From: Octopus sinensis
Taxonomy: Eukaryota
Reading direction: 5' to 3'
NCBI RefSeq assembly: GCF_006345805.1
Contig: NC_043011.1
Location: 8,928,001 to 8,992,000, forward strand
DNA length: 64,000 nucleotides
Made by a program: the position numbers and the translations under genes
The notes under the pieces: model-generated
Databases searched by the model: none
Told to the model about the DNA's origin: nothing
Seen by the model: the letters and a program-made list of their open reading frames with translations, nothing else
In this document: one piece after another, positions 48,101-62,880 of the stretch
Numbering within the stretch: position 1 is the stretch's first letter
Layout of the letters: each line of letters opens with the position of its first letter

Positions 48101-48849
48101 AGTAATTTGATGTTTCCTAAAAGTTGACTTAATTCACATTTCTTGCGCTCTGATCTCTGGTAATATTTAGGCGACCCTTGTTCAAAATATATAAATGTGC
48201 TTTGGCTTGATTCGAACATGAAATCTTTACGGGAGTAAAAGTTCATCTAAAAACGTCATTATATAACTTTTTTCTCTCAGCAAAATAATTATGACGGTGT
48301 AATTAACTTGTGGTCGGCTAACGTTCACCGAAGGGAAGACTGGTCGGAAAGGACCTACTGGACTTCTTTGAAGCTAGTTGGGAAATAATGTGCTGTAACA
48401 TTCATACATTTCTCAAAGACGCACAAAAGTCATGGCACCCATTTTCTCTTAGGTGGAATACTTAATTAAACCATGCTTAAAAAACAAACCAATAACAAAA
48501 TATCACTCGCACAACGAGCAAATAAACAAAATAAAACATTTTAAGTAAAAATTCATTTTAAACACTTTTTTTTTTCTCCAGAATATACAAAAGGCACAAT
48601 GGTGAATGTCTTGGACGGCAATTCTTGCCAAGAGGTTTTCTGTTTTTTTTTTTCATTTTTAAAAATTTTGTTTATATTAGTAGTAATGGTTGCAACGTTT
48701 TAAAGAATTAATACAAAACAGAAAATTCCAAATTGAAAACGATAGAAAGATACACTAATACCACACCAAGAACAAAAATACGCGTTGTATATGATAATTA
48801 TATACTTATATTGTATGTATGTATGTATATATATATATTTAAAATATAT

Positions 48850-48898
<49 letters not shown>

Positions 48899-49105
48899 GA
48901 CGGATTGATAAAGGCGCTTGTATCTAATTGAAAATTAAAATGTCACAAAAATATCAATTCACCCCCCCCCCCTCCACACACACACATATGCCTACAGACA
49001 TACATGCATATATATATTATATATATACATACATCTACATATATATACATACATCTACATATATATACATACATACACACATATATATACATAGATACAT
49101 AATTC

Positions 49106-49137
<32 letters not shown>

Positions 49138-49479
49138 TATATATTTGTATCACGTTTACACACTCAGGCATACACACACACACATACATTGTGGACGGAT
49201 TGAAAAAAGCGTATATACCTAATTAAATGTTGAAAGATAAAGTATATAAATTCTACAAGGCGGATTTCAAAATGCTAAACACCTAGTAAATGTACCTGAG
49301 TATATAACGTATATATAATATAATACATCTCGTATAGAGTAGGAAAATGGAAACTGGTTATAGAAACGGAACTTCAAAGATGCCAAAGTGTCAGTTAATA
49401 CCAAGGAACACACACACAATCCGAGTTGGTCAGTTACCAGGTTATAAAATAGATAGATAGATAGATAGATAGATAAATG

Positions 49480-49551
<72 letters not shown>

Positions 49552-50915
49552 TAGACAGATAGAGAGAGGTATATATATATAGAGAGAATATATATCATAT
49601 ATATCATACATATATATGTAAGTATATGGAGAGAGAGAGATAAAGTGTGAGAGGGAGAGAAAGTGTGGTGTGTGTGTGTGTGTGTGTATGTGAGAGAGAG
49701 AGAGAGAGAGAGAGAAAGAAAGAGAGAAAGAGAGAGAGAGAGAGAGAAACGATTAATGGACACTCCGAGCTATAAATGATGTTAAATGAACGACAAAATC
49801 AAACGTTACGAAATAAAAATAATATTTTTGAATTTTCAATTGTAATTTTTATTACGGAAGAATTTAATAATATTTTTTTTTATTCTTCTTCTTCTGGCTA
49901 GTATTGTTGTTGTTGTGGTGGTGGATGTGGTTGTTGATGTTATAAATTTATATATATTTTTTTAAATATCCGTTCGAAAACCCTGGACAAAATGCTTGTA
50001 TGTTATATATATCATCATTAAAGCAAGAGTTGGCATCAATATACTCCACGGATTAAACCCGGAATTGCTTCCTACTTGATTTATAATTTAATTTCTTTGA
50101 AATTCTTTCGTTTTGAACAGATTGGACAAAAGAAAGATGGATAAAAAAGAAGAAAAAACAAAGAAAGATCAAGTAAAATTGATAGCTAGATCGATAGTTA
50201 GATTATAGTTGGTATAGATTTATTAAAAATATCAAAAATGGCAAAGACAAATATAGGATGGAAGGTGAGGGATCGTTTTTCAACTCACAAGGATTCTTTG
50301 CCAAAAGAAAAGGAATTGTTTCTAGACCAATACTTGCTTCACAGGAATCTTTCTGTTTTTTTCTCTCTCTCTTCTTGAAATTTCCTTTGATCTTGGGTGG
50401 AATTTTGGCAAGTATTGGTGAAAATCTTGGTTTCAAGGCTGTTTGAAGTTTTTCTAAACTGTTCTCATCTGTTTTCTTGTTTTCCCAAATTTCAGTAAAT
50501 AAACAAATAATTCACCTAAAAATAAAATAGATTTAAAACAATTTGTTGGAGGAGACTTGGTGAAGACGGTCTGCCTGTGTCAGCTGATGGCGTCCACTAA
50601 GAAGGTCAAGTGGGTTCTTCGTGTGTCACGTGATCAACATGGCTGCTCGTTTTACCCGACCAAAAAAATGGTTGATGGTTGTAGTTATTAATATTATTTT
50701 CGTCATCGTTCGTGTTGTTGTTCTTGGTGCTGCTGCTGCTGATGATGTTCTTGAACGATGTTATTGATGTTGTAATAAACGTTGGCTGGGTAGATGTTAA
50801 AAATGTTAGCGTTGTTCAGTTAACATTGAATATAACCGGCAATTCCCTCTCCAGTAAATGGCAGACCGGAAGATTCGGATCTTATTCTTCTGTTGTTGTT
50901 GTTGTAATCATTCAG

Positions 50916-50947
<32 letters not shown>

Positions 50948-51485
50948 CGTCGTAGCTGTTGTTGTTGTTATTATTGTCGACGATATCAAATAAGTATCTT
51001 TGATGTTTCTTTCTTCTTTCTTCTTCTTCTTTCTATTGATGTTGCTGTCGTCAATTTCTTTCTTTTATTATTTTAAAATATTTATTTCTCCCATTTTGAT
51101 TTTTCGTAATTTCAGAATTCGAAAATAAAATATTCCATATTTCTTTACCTGCAAAGATGGTCTTTGATATATTTCCACTGTTGTTGTTCGTGTTGTTGTT
51201 AATTCTGTTAAACATTCATTGAAAACAAACAAGAATGTTCGGGTTTCGATATCAGGGTTGGTAAATCCATCAGAAACCCACAAATTAATAATCTGTTTTA
51301 AATAAGTGTTTACAATGCCATCTTGCTATTGTTGTTGTTGTTGTTGTTGTCATTATTGTTTTTCTGGTTGTTTCTATTGCTGTTGTTATTGTAGACTTTG
51401 TTGTTGCTTCTAAGAGTTTCTAACATTCACATAGTAATTGTTGCTGTTGAACTCTTTTCTATGCTCATCGTTAGTCTATCCCTGT

Positions 51486-51587
51486 TTATTCCTCATCCTC
51501 CTTGCTCTTGCCCTTGATGATGTCCACCATGGCGTTGTAATCGAATTTCTTGTTGTCCAAGGGAGCATCTTTCCATACGTTCTTGAT
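51486..51587 (-). CDS. RLC: RLC terminal exon
   Basis: atcgcag acceptor; [39 protein letters not shown] on the - strand at 51081-51086 and 51064-51069 are candidate poly(A) signals. Confidence 0.95.
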   Translation of the reverse strand: MKNVWKDAPLDNKKFDYNAMVDIIKGKSKEDEE

Positions 51588-52563
51588 CTGCGATAAAACA
51601 TTAAATAGTGGACACGTTTTAATAAATAGTAAACGGTGAACATGTTTCGTTTATTACAGGACATTAAATTCTGAACAAATAAATATTTGACAATGAACGT
51701 GTTTATGATAGAACCTTATGGCGAACATGTTTACTATAAAGCATTGTGAACAAGTTTAAGCGGACATCTTTATAAGAAACCATTGAATAATAGGCAATTA
51801 TATCAAAACATGTTGAGGTTGTCACAAATCAGTTCTGATCTATTGAACTCACAGCATGTAGATGGACAATCGAGCGACTAAGTGCATTCTGTTTACTACT
51901 TGCCAAGCAATCTTGTGGCGGATTATACACACTACTGGTGGTCTTGCGATGACCATCATTCGGATTACAGACGGTGTCGCCTGTTATCTTCGATAGATCA
52001 TGCCAAGGTGAAACGAAGCCACAATAAGGGTGGGAGGTTAGAACGTCCGATTCGTAATCACAGCGTCTCGGGTTCGATCACATAAGGAGACGCTTTGCAG
52101 ACAACAGTCTTCCACCATAACTTCAAGATATCTTGAAGATTTGAGATTGAACTAGAATGGAAGCAAAATGTATGAAAGCTTGTATATTCTTGATGAATCA
52201 TACTTTCTCATCGCATCCTTCCACTGGCCTCAGACTTTCTGCTAAGAGAACGGTCGGCAGTCTTCCACACCGCACTAAATAACATGTCGAGCACGAATTA
52301 CTACGGCCGCTTCAGAAGGTTTCAGCTTTTGATACAATTTCTCTGGATTTTGTACAACTCCAGGTAATTAGGAAGTCTTTCTAGAAATTACTCAACCCTC
52401 TATAATGACCCAGGGAATTGTGGGATATAATTGTAGAAATAATTACCTCTTCTTTGGTAAAGTTGTCACCCATGTTTTCCAAGAGATCTTTCAAGCTGTA
52501 AAGTAAAATTGAAAATATATATATATAGGCGTGAAGTAGGTAACACTTAGATACTTATATGAA

Positions 52564-52642
<79 letters not shown>

Positions 52643-52720
52643 ACATACATACATACATACATACATACATACATACATACATACATACATACATACATAC
52701 ATACATACATACATACACGT

Positions 52721-52769
<49 letters not shown>

Positions 52770-53530
52770 TATACATATACACATAATCATACACACATAT
52801 GTATGTAAATACAAATAGATCTTTGGGTGTATATGTGTATAATATATATATGTATGCTTGCTTAACTTTGTGCGTGTTATCGAAAGTACACATGTCTATG
52901 GAATACTCAGCCACTTCATATGCTAATTCAGTGAGTATCTAACTCTACTGAGCCAGCTGCAGGACACTCATACGTCGTTCGTGACCGAAATGTCCATAAT
53001 CGTCATCATCATAAACACACACACACATACACACACGCATACACTGACCTACACATATTGTCATACATATAGACATATGCATTCTAATACACACACACAC
53101 GCGCGCATAAATATATACATACACAGATACATACATTTAAATATATGTGTGTATGTATAATTACGTTAGCGCACAAATACACCCACCGACTGGAAAATTC
53201 GTTTTCTAAATCCTTCGTACAATTTTCTGTGTATTATTTTTCAAAAGAAGATTTTAGAATGACGTCTGTCCTGAGTATTGTGTAAAAAGTGTTTTTGTCT
53301 AGTTTATATTGGCGCCCAACCTATTTATATTGTTTTGCTGTTCCCAAACGATTTCTTAGACAATTTAACAAGGAATACTTACTAATCTTCTGGAATGAAA
53401 CCTTGGTTGTCCTCATCGAACATGCAGAAAGCGTTTCTCAAGGTTCCTTCGGGGTCGGTACCTGTGAGTCAATACAACATGATATAAAGCATGTGATAGA
53501 GTATGACACAATACATACATACATACATAC

Positions 53531-53577
<47 letters not shown>

Positions 53578-54617
53578 CAGGCACGCACACACACGCACAC
53601 ATATATATATACCAACAACATATATGAGTGAATATGTATATGTATATAGTCATGTAAATATGTAAATTAAAAAAGCAAGCACGAAGAACAAAACAGAAAC
53701 AACAAAGAACAATGGATAGCGTATTAGTTTAATACGTGCGAAACTGAAACGGAGTGACGTAACGTTTCGGATGTTAGTCCTTCATCAAAAGAAAGAGAAG
53801 AGAGAGAAAGAGAAACAGCATGTAGTAGAAAAAATATATGTATGCATGTATGATTGTATGTACGTGTGCAAGTGTGTATGCATGCATGTATGAATATATG
53901 TAAGTACGTATATATGTATGTCTATATCTACGTATGATAAAAATTTAAGTGAATGAGTCAACAAATAGTTACTTACCAGAAACTTTGTCACCAAAGAGAG
54001 TGAGAAAAGATGTGAAGTTGAGTTGACCGGGGCATTCTTTGAGCATACCCTTGAGATCTTCATCAGATGGTACTCTTCCTGAATAACGAAGAAATACAAA
54101 TGTTGTTATTATTATTGTTGTTGTTGTTGAATGAGAGAGCAACTTGCATCATCAAAGTGGTGCTGTAGCACAAATATACGAAGCCCAGAATACCCATCTT
54201 TTTGTATATCTACGTCTGTATTGCTCAATGCAACCCTCTACCTACCCGCCCACCCAACTCCATCCTAATGAATCGGGCCTGAGATCGATGTCGTTCCGGC
54301 CGTGATCATCCAGGCATATATTTTTCTGTCTGACTCTAGTTTATCTAGGAATAGATTATCCAGTCTTTCCCTTTCTGAAATTAAAGAGTGTGAATTGAAG
54401 GAGGATATTTTCTGCTATTTCTAGTAAGCAAAGCGACCCAGTAACGGCTACAAAATCCTTTTACTTTTCTTTATTTTTGTATTTCATTCGACGACCCAAA
54501 TGCTAGAGGAATTATTGGAAAGGGTGATGACCCCTACTTACCGAGGGAGGAGAACATGTCTTTCAGATCCTCCATTCCAATGAAACCATCTCTATCTTGA
54601 TCGATCATGGTGAAAGC
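51486..54617 (-). CDS. RLC: Myosin regulatory light chain, molluscan/cephalopod muscle LC-2 type; 5 exons, 135 aa seen, N-terminal exon(s) not located
   Basis: Spliced product [135 protein letters not shown]. It has the canonical RLC EF-hand 1 loop [12 protein letters not shown] and is close to the squid mantle RLC as recalled. Confidence 0.96.
52447..52495 (-). CDS. RLC: RLC exon
   Basis: tttacag / GAG|gtaatt; [16 protein letters not shown]. Confidence 0.95.
53383..53461 (-). CDS. RLC: RLC exon
   Basis: tcacag / TA|gtaagt; [27 protein letters not shown]. Confidence 0.96.
53977..54078 (-). CDS. RLC: RLC exon
   Basis: attcag / G|gtaagt; [34 protein letters not shown]. Confidence 0.96.
54542..54617 (-). 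CDS. RLC: RLC exon (EF-hand 1)
   Basis: ttcctgaag / G|gtaagt; [25 protein letters not shown]. Confidence 0.96.
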
Positions 54618-54961
54618 CTTCAGGAAGACAGAAGAGACGCCTTAGAGAAAATGGCACACACATACATGTTCTACACATATACATTTATGTTTTACACGCA
54701 CACACACACACACAGACACACACAGACACACACGCACAGACCACGCACACGCGTATATATATTAATATATATATATGCATATGAATATATTACATATATA
54801 CAGGTATACGAAAATACATACGTACGTACGTACGTACATACCTACCTACCTACATACATACATACATACATACATACATACATACATACATACATACATA
54901 CATACATACATACATACATACATACATAAATACATACATACATACATGCATACATACATAT

Positions 54962-54992
<31 letters not shown>

Positions 54993-56270
54993 CATATATG
55001 TATGATAGTTTATGTATGTATGCATGTACAGATAATATATATTACGCATATATATATATGTGTGCGTATATATGTATATACGCACAAATACATACATACA
55101 TACATACATACATACATTCATACATACATACATACATAAATATATATATAGATAGATAGATACTCATATGTATATATGCGTGTATATTAGTACCTATGTA
55201 TACATACATAAATAACACACACATACACACACACACACACACACATCCATATTTAAGTTCAACACATGTATAGGCAATTAAACAATGAAGATAGACACAC
55301 AGACACGAATGCGTGAATGCGAGTAAAACAATAAGACAAACAAACAATTACAGCAACAACAAACACATCAAACAAAGCCCAGTTGTTTGACCGTCATACG
55401 TTTTATGGATAACAACTACAAAACGATAATCATGGGTGATGACGACATAAAACCGATCGTACAAATGGTGACATTTACAAAATATTTGAGAAGACGTGGT
55501 TGGGTGAGGAGAGAGGGAGACTGCGTCTTTGGAAATTTGATCGGAAGAATATGACAACGGAAGGGACGACGAGAAAGGACTAAAAAGAATGTTTCAGATC
55601 AAATGAAGCCATGAAATAAAAAATGAGAAATGTTTCCCTGGCTGCTACGAATAGGACTAGCAACGCTGCAGGTTTCTCAGTGGTGCGCTGTGTGTAGTGT
55701 GCTTATAAATGTATGGATATATTTGTCTACCTTACATTTACTATGTAGCTCGTGAAAAGGGACACCTAACTGACGTTAACAATTTCAAAGGGACTTGTTG
55801 CAGGACGCACACCTATGACATCATGCACATATTACTTATGAATATGTTTATTACGTAAGTTATAGCCATCTTGAAACAGCTGTCGAGATAAGGTTTTATA
55901 AAACCCTTCTCAGCTGTTTTGTTTTCTTTTTCTTTATTTCGTAATCTGTATTTTGTATTTCATGTAACAGGTCTCAAGCATAACTTTGTTTATCTACCAT
56001 ATCTCTATATATATTCATACATATGTGTGTGTATACGCTTTTTATATGTGTTATATAAACAGTATGTACGCTCATTTATACGTACATATGTGTATATAAT
56101 TTAATAATCCTGCAGATATGTTGCTTTGTGTATAAGAATGCGTGAGCTAGTCTGGCATAGGTTGTTGATAGAATCTTTTGTTGTACCCCACACATGTATG
56201 TGTGTGCGTGCGCGCGTGCCAATGTGTATGTATGTATGTATGTATGCATGCATGCACGTATGTATATATG

Positions 56271-56302
<32 letters not shown>

Positions 56303-57573
56303 TGTATGTATGTATGTATGAATGTATGTATGTATGTGTGTATGTATGTACAGTAAAAGCTGTTGTGCGTAGGTTGCGGTGCCGGGTTGTGTGTAAAGAA
56401 AACCAAACTGGTGAGTCATGCCGGAAGTACTTCACTGGAGCGGTTAACATTAGCAACAAAAAGAACACAAGTAAGTAACAATGATCTATTTTGACTAAAA
56501 ATAGAGGAAAATAACGCCTCTGGCTTTTGGGGTTGCTTGCCACAATGAAAGCAAATGCCAGACCCTTGCTAAAGCACAAAACCACGAAATCACTAAGGAG
56601 GAAAAACACTATAAGGACAGCTGTGCATTGATGGCGAACGCAGAGGTAAACCTCTTCTAGTCTAAAGAATTGGTCACAACAACAACAACAGCAAAAGTTG
56701 ACGTTCTTTTAACAAATGCATTTCTTCAAAGTTGAAATATAACAAGGAAAGGATAAGGAAAAACTTGTTAATCTTTCTTGAGTTAGTTTTGGATGATTCT
56801 ATTATCGAGGAGAAATGGCCATCTCTGCGATGCCAGTCTGAAAAGTTGAGCCAATGTCAGGTGATTTATGCCGGGAAACTATGTTTTTTTTATTTTTTAT
56901 TCTAAGCTTAATAATCTAGGGCAGGATGAATTCCGGCAAACAAACTATAAATCACCTCAAACGAAATCCTCAACTGGTTGGTCACTAAGCATAATGAAGA
57001 TTTCAAGATTCTTTCACTTCCATTGAAATCTGACACGCGTAATACTGCCCCCCACCCCCCAGTAATAATGCAGTCTTGTTGTGGGAAGAGTATAGGCGAA
57101 TGAATCAACCGCAGTGTCTGACTGGTATAATAATCCCGACCAGCAAATAGCTTATCGATTTGAAAGACACCTTGCGGCAGTAAATAAAGAATAAGTTGGA
57201 TGATTATCGTGGGGATTGAATAAACAACGAACTGGAGTAAACTCAGTAAATTACTGGTACTAACTTTCTCAATATTCGAGCGGGAGGTGAGGGGAAAGGC
57301 AAAGTCGGTCATGACGGGATTCGAACTTAAAAACCTATTGAGATGAGATTAACCCCGATTAGGTGTTGAATCAATTTATTCTACGATCTTTCATTAAACC
57401 ATGGCATCGGTTTATATTGAAATTCACTGGAATATGGCCACCGGGCAGACCTGGTGAAAGGTTACAAAGTGACGAACATCCAAGGCACGCCAGTCTGAGA
57501 CGTTCTCACAATATCAGTGAAAGAAATAATAACGGGATATCCAATTCATTTAACTTCCCATGTTGTTGAAAGT

Positions 57574-57627
<54 letters not shown>

Positions 57628-57725
57628 ATATATTACGGAGATGTACTTGCATAGCAAGTGACTTGATCTGAGATCGTGTGCTGGAACGAAAACAATTGCA
57701 GCGTGGAAGATGTTTATAAGCCATT

Positions 57726-57757
<32 letters not shown>

Positions 57758-58154
57758 CGCTCGTGCACGGTAAAACCATTTGTTCGTAGACGATTATCTG
57801 CCAATTGCTTGCAATTTTCGATCCTCGGCTAAAAATGCCTCGACATAGAGAAATCATGAGTGCATCTCTGACACCGGTACCATATCTGACGTGGGTACGT
57901 ATCTAGAGCAGGTACCCTTGAGTATATATCGAGTGTGTATATCTTACCTATTGTAGGTATCTGTCTAGCGAAGGTATCTACCAATTAATGGAACCGTTAG
58001 AGAAACTGTAACAAAACTTTATTTTAAAAAATTCAAAGAAACTCTTTAGCCTCAAACGTAAATATCAGTGCAAAGAGAAAAGAAAACACGGAAATTAGGC
58101 GGTGCAATTGGAACGAAACTGTTGCGATTATGTAACAGTAATATCGTGGATTGT

Positions 58155-58230
<76 letters not shown>

Positions 58231-59482
58231 GTGTGAGCCGGTACGAGCCAGTGACACAGTTTGTATGTAGATTATGAGGATCGTATACATCCCAGTACTG
58301 TTTTATAAAAATGAACATTATTTGTATTAACGACATTATACTATATTATGTTTCTGTCATCTATTTTATATGTACTATACTATAACAGTACTATAGCCTG
58401 ATATAGTATTCTGTACCATGGGTACTAATTGCATTTAGGCAGATGTAAGATCAATTTCCAAACACGCAGTTTATCAGTTTGAAAAATCTGAAACCGGAAG
58501 AACATCTTCCAAGCAACGCCCTGAAGTCAGGTGTTGAAAACAACTCCATTTCTTTGAGGAAGTCGAAATTTTAAGTAATTCTATAGCTTTGAAAATTTCT
58601 CAAAGTCCATACCAAATGGCGCTTAGTAATGCTGTCATCACATCTCTTGATTTCTTGTGGGAGTGGGCTATGGGCTGATGCTACGAAAATGTACTGCATC
58701 TTGTAATTAGTTTTTAGTAAAAATAATACTAACACTAACAGTAATAATAACAATAATTCTAATAATAACGATGATGATGATTTTTTTTCTCTTATAATAA
58801 TTTATTTTATGACTTTCGAGCGAGTGTAGTGAATATCTAAAAGCTAGTCCGCCGTACGAAGACACAGCCACGGCTTAAGGTGTGAACAATGTGAATGCAC
58901 ACGCAGGGTATAGGGTAAGCATGAGTATATGTGAGTGTGATTGTATGAGATTGTGTGTGTGTGTGTGTGTGCGTGTGCGTCTGTGTATGTATATGTGCAT
59001 TTTGTGGGAAAAAAGTGCCAAACTGTTAGCAAAAAAAAAAAACTAAAGGGGTGTTAGTGTGTAACACACGTATGTAGACATATCTATATACACACAGCAC
59101 ACACAAAGTTTATATTTACATGGTAACTGTATAGATATATCGATGTATACTTACACAAGAACACGCGCATATACATACACTCACATATAAATGTGTGTAC
59201 ACACACACACATACACATACACTTACTCTATATATAATATATATATCCGTACGATACATAGAACATGATAGTTATTAGAGTGCGCATGTGTGTATGTGTG
59301 TGTCCCTGAGCGTGAAGTTAAGCCATTGCTTTAAATTCGTGCCATGGTTTCGTATAAATGATGTCACGCAAGATAAATAATCACAAAACCATGTGTTTGT
59401 ATATATCTGCATGTCCATCTCTGTGTATGTCTACGAGTCTATATGTACGCGTTGTGTGAATGCGTGTGCACAATTATATACA

Positions 59483-59513
<31 letters not shown>

Positions 59514-59532
59514 TATGTATGTATGTATGTAC

Positions 59533-59658
<126 letters not shown>

Positions 59659-59779
59659 TAGATAGATATCTATATATATATATATACACATACATATACA
59701 CATTCAAATTCAAATTCTACCACAAATCCAAATGCCCAAATAACCATACAGTATATTTCCACAATACCCCTTAGGTAAT

Positions 59780-60020
59780 CCGGATCTTTTCCTTTTGATG
59801 GACGGAATTTCTAGTTAACTAAACAATTTGAAACTTCGTATACCGGTAGAATGTGTCAAAAGAAAACATTATTTTCACTTGGCTTTTTTGAGAAAATTGT
59901 AATTTGTAAGTTTAACGTAGTTTAATTCTTCGAATTTTAACCAATGAAATGCCAGCATTTGAGCTCAAATCATTTGTTTAGTTAACTAGAAATTCCGTTC
60001 ATCAAAAGGAAAAGATCCGG
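59780..60020. mobile_element. MITE, ~46-bp TIRs, TAAT on both flanks
   Basis: CCGGATCTTTTCCTTTTGATGGACGGAATTTCTAGTTAACTAAACA ... TGTTTAGTTAACTAGAAATTCCGTTCATCAAAAGGAAAAGATCCGG. Confidence 0.88.
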
Positions 60021-61101
60021 TAATCCCAATAACCTTATAAATCTATATTCTAACTCCTAATCCCTATCTAATTCCTCTTTCGTACTCGAATATCACAATA
60101 ATTTAATTGTGTGTGTATGTGTATGCGTACGTACGTATGTACGTGTATGTGTGTATGTATGTGTATATGTGTGTGTATGTATGCAAGGTATATATACCTG
60201 CGTGTGCAGGGGTGATAATACATACAGATACACGTATATATGGGTGTGCGTATATACATATACATATGAGTGTTGTAAGTGTAGGTGTTGATGTGTTTAA
60301 ATAGCTACATACATGTTTAATACATGCATGTGTATACACCTTCACATATATATATATATATTCGTCTACTACTAAGCACCAACCTGTCCTCTAAGCAACC
60401 TAACCTATATTTCCAAATTCTTCATTCCACCATTTTACTTCCCCTACCCCCGCTCTCTCTCTGTCCCTCACTTAGGCTCTATCACTACATACCTGACACT
60501 CCTTTACTCTTTACCTTCTCATCTCTTTACACTCTCATATCTTTCCCTCTCTATCACCCTCATCTCCCCATTTCTTCTACCAATTTATCCTGACTCACCA
60601 CTCACCAGTACACTTTCTCTCTCTTCATTTCTTTTTTATCTCTCACCCCGCTTTCCTTCTTTTTTCCCCTCTCTTCCTGTTTATGATTTGACCTTACAAA
60701 CACATTCCCAACTTTTAAGTCACTTCAAAAAAAGAAAAGAAAAAAAAAGAAACCCTCGATTCAATAACACCGTTTACAAACTCTGTGCTTGGAATGACCA
60801 ATTTTAAATACTATTGGAACTTAATCACAAGGTATAGGAATCTTACATGTATACCATTCTACCTAAATAATGGAACTGCAGATACAATATCCCAGCATAT
60901 CTCATGTCTATTTTCATTCTTCCACTTCACTCTCTATTTCATATCTTATCTAGAATAACTATTGTTTAACCATCTTCTCACACCGTGTACGATGAAGGGA
61001 TTTAATAAATATCCCGGAAACAGCTGTAAGACCTTCTCTTTATAAATGTTCTGAAATCTTTCACAGCCTTGGATTTTTATCTCATTCTGTTAAAATTTAT
61101 G

Positions 61102-61148
<47 letters not shown>

Positions 61149-61561
61149 ACACACGCGATCACGCACATGCACACATACAGGAAATTAGGGTTTTAAGAAT
61201 GATGAAACGATATTACTAAAACGAAATACAAATTCGCACACAAACTTTGGAAATCAGCACTACACTATATTAATTAAAATCCTTTACACAAAAAACGTAC
61301 ATGAACGGACAATATATATGTGTGTGAGTGAGTGAGTGTGTTTCTAAATGGCTATCCATTGTTATGTATCAATCTAAAGTCTAAAGTAACACACTGTATT
61401 ATTCTGAGGACATCAAAATATTATTTAACATAAAAGTTCTGGAAAACATAAAGACACCATTTCATATTTTTGAAACCAAAAACATATCGTGCAGAAACAA
61501 TTCTTTTTCTCTCTAGTTACGGAAATATTTGAAGAAAAAAACATTTATTGAAAATCTATCT

Positions 61562-61631
<70 letters not shown>

Positions 61632-62205
61632 TTAATTGGGAGCGAAACCAGCAGTGCTACCAAAATATGAATAATATGTTTAACTTTTTCTTTGTTGCTG
61701 TTGGGTTTCGATTACTCCTGACTCTCGTAAACTTCAACGAAGAACAATAAAAAAAAATTCCAGATATTTTTAGACTTTATATAGACATACATTTAATATA
61801 TATATATATACACAGTAAAACAAAGGAACTTCACGATGCATCATATGCAACATGTCATGCCAACATACATCGTATACCTAAAGACATGCATAAATACAAA
61901 TATATAGAAGCATTTTCTAAGCAAGCAATCATGCGACTATTAACAGGTGTATATGTGTGTCTGTGTGTGTATGTGTGTGTATATATATTTTTTTATATAC
62001 GCACACACACACACACACACACACACATGCAAACAGTCGTGATTTTACAGATGTATGTGTGTGGAATAAGATTTGTGAAATTCTTCAACCCTTGTACATA
62101 TTGCTGTCATCGATGATGGGGATGATGATAATGATGATGATATTAACGTACAGATATAGTTGTGTTCAAGTGTGCTTATATCTATGTATACATATAGATG
62201 TATAA

Positions 62206-62291
<86 letters not shown>

Positions 62292-62848
62292 TGTGTCTTG
62301 CAAATCAATTGCGCTTCAGCAAATATGTTCCCAGCTTCTCCGTGTTCTCCATTCCTTGGCAATCATTTGGAATTCATGTCTTATCTTTAGTGTTTCTTAT
62401 TAAAGAATGAAGACGGAAATTTATGTTTTACAATTGAATTATCTGCTTCAGTGTCATTGATGCCATTTCTGGACGGTACCAATGAGGTATGTGAAATGGA
62501 CTGACTTCAAATGGGGATCGAAACCAGACTGCTCCAATTGGAACGATATGTAATTCATATTGATCCAGTGGAAATAGATTAAAACAATTCCATATATATG
62601 ATCCGGAATATATAATTTGAACAATTGGGTTGACTCTCTTTTACCACTGTTTTTTTCCGTTTCAAGTCTCTCTGCACATGATTCAGTCAGTAGTTACTCC
62701 CAGGTACTCCTAGGTTTCTCCGAGCAATCGGCTTATCAAGCTGCTACCTGATCATTTGCGATGGAATTTTACACACCAGCAATGCACTCAATTTGGTGAG
62801 TGGGAACATAGATATGATTGGTTAGGAACACTGAAGTTCCTTTCAGTG

Positions 62849-62880
<32 letters not shown>

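Noticed and set aside
50756-50810. TGA within CY*CC read as selenocysteine
   Set aside because: No SECIS was identified, another stop follows shortly, and the Cys content derives from TGT/GTT repeats.
56354-56860. Open + strand segments with AG/GT ends (e.g. 56505-56645, 47 codons)
   Set aside because: Joining them needs a 34-nt intron or a GAG acceptor, and no protein family was recognised.
62452-62795. Phase-compatible + strand exon pair 62452-62486 and 62714-62795 (SLMPFLDGTNE/VSPSNRLIKLLPDHLRWNFTHQQCTQF) with good donors
   Set aside because: No recognisable homology, start or continuing exons, so chance is plausible. Left unresolved; check with RNA-seq.
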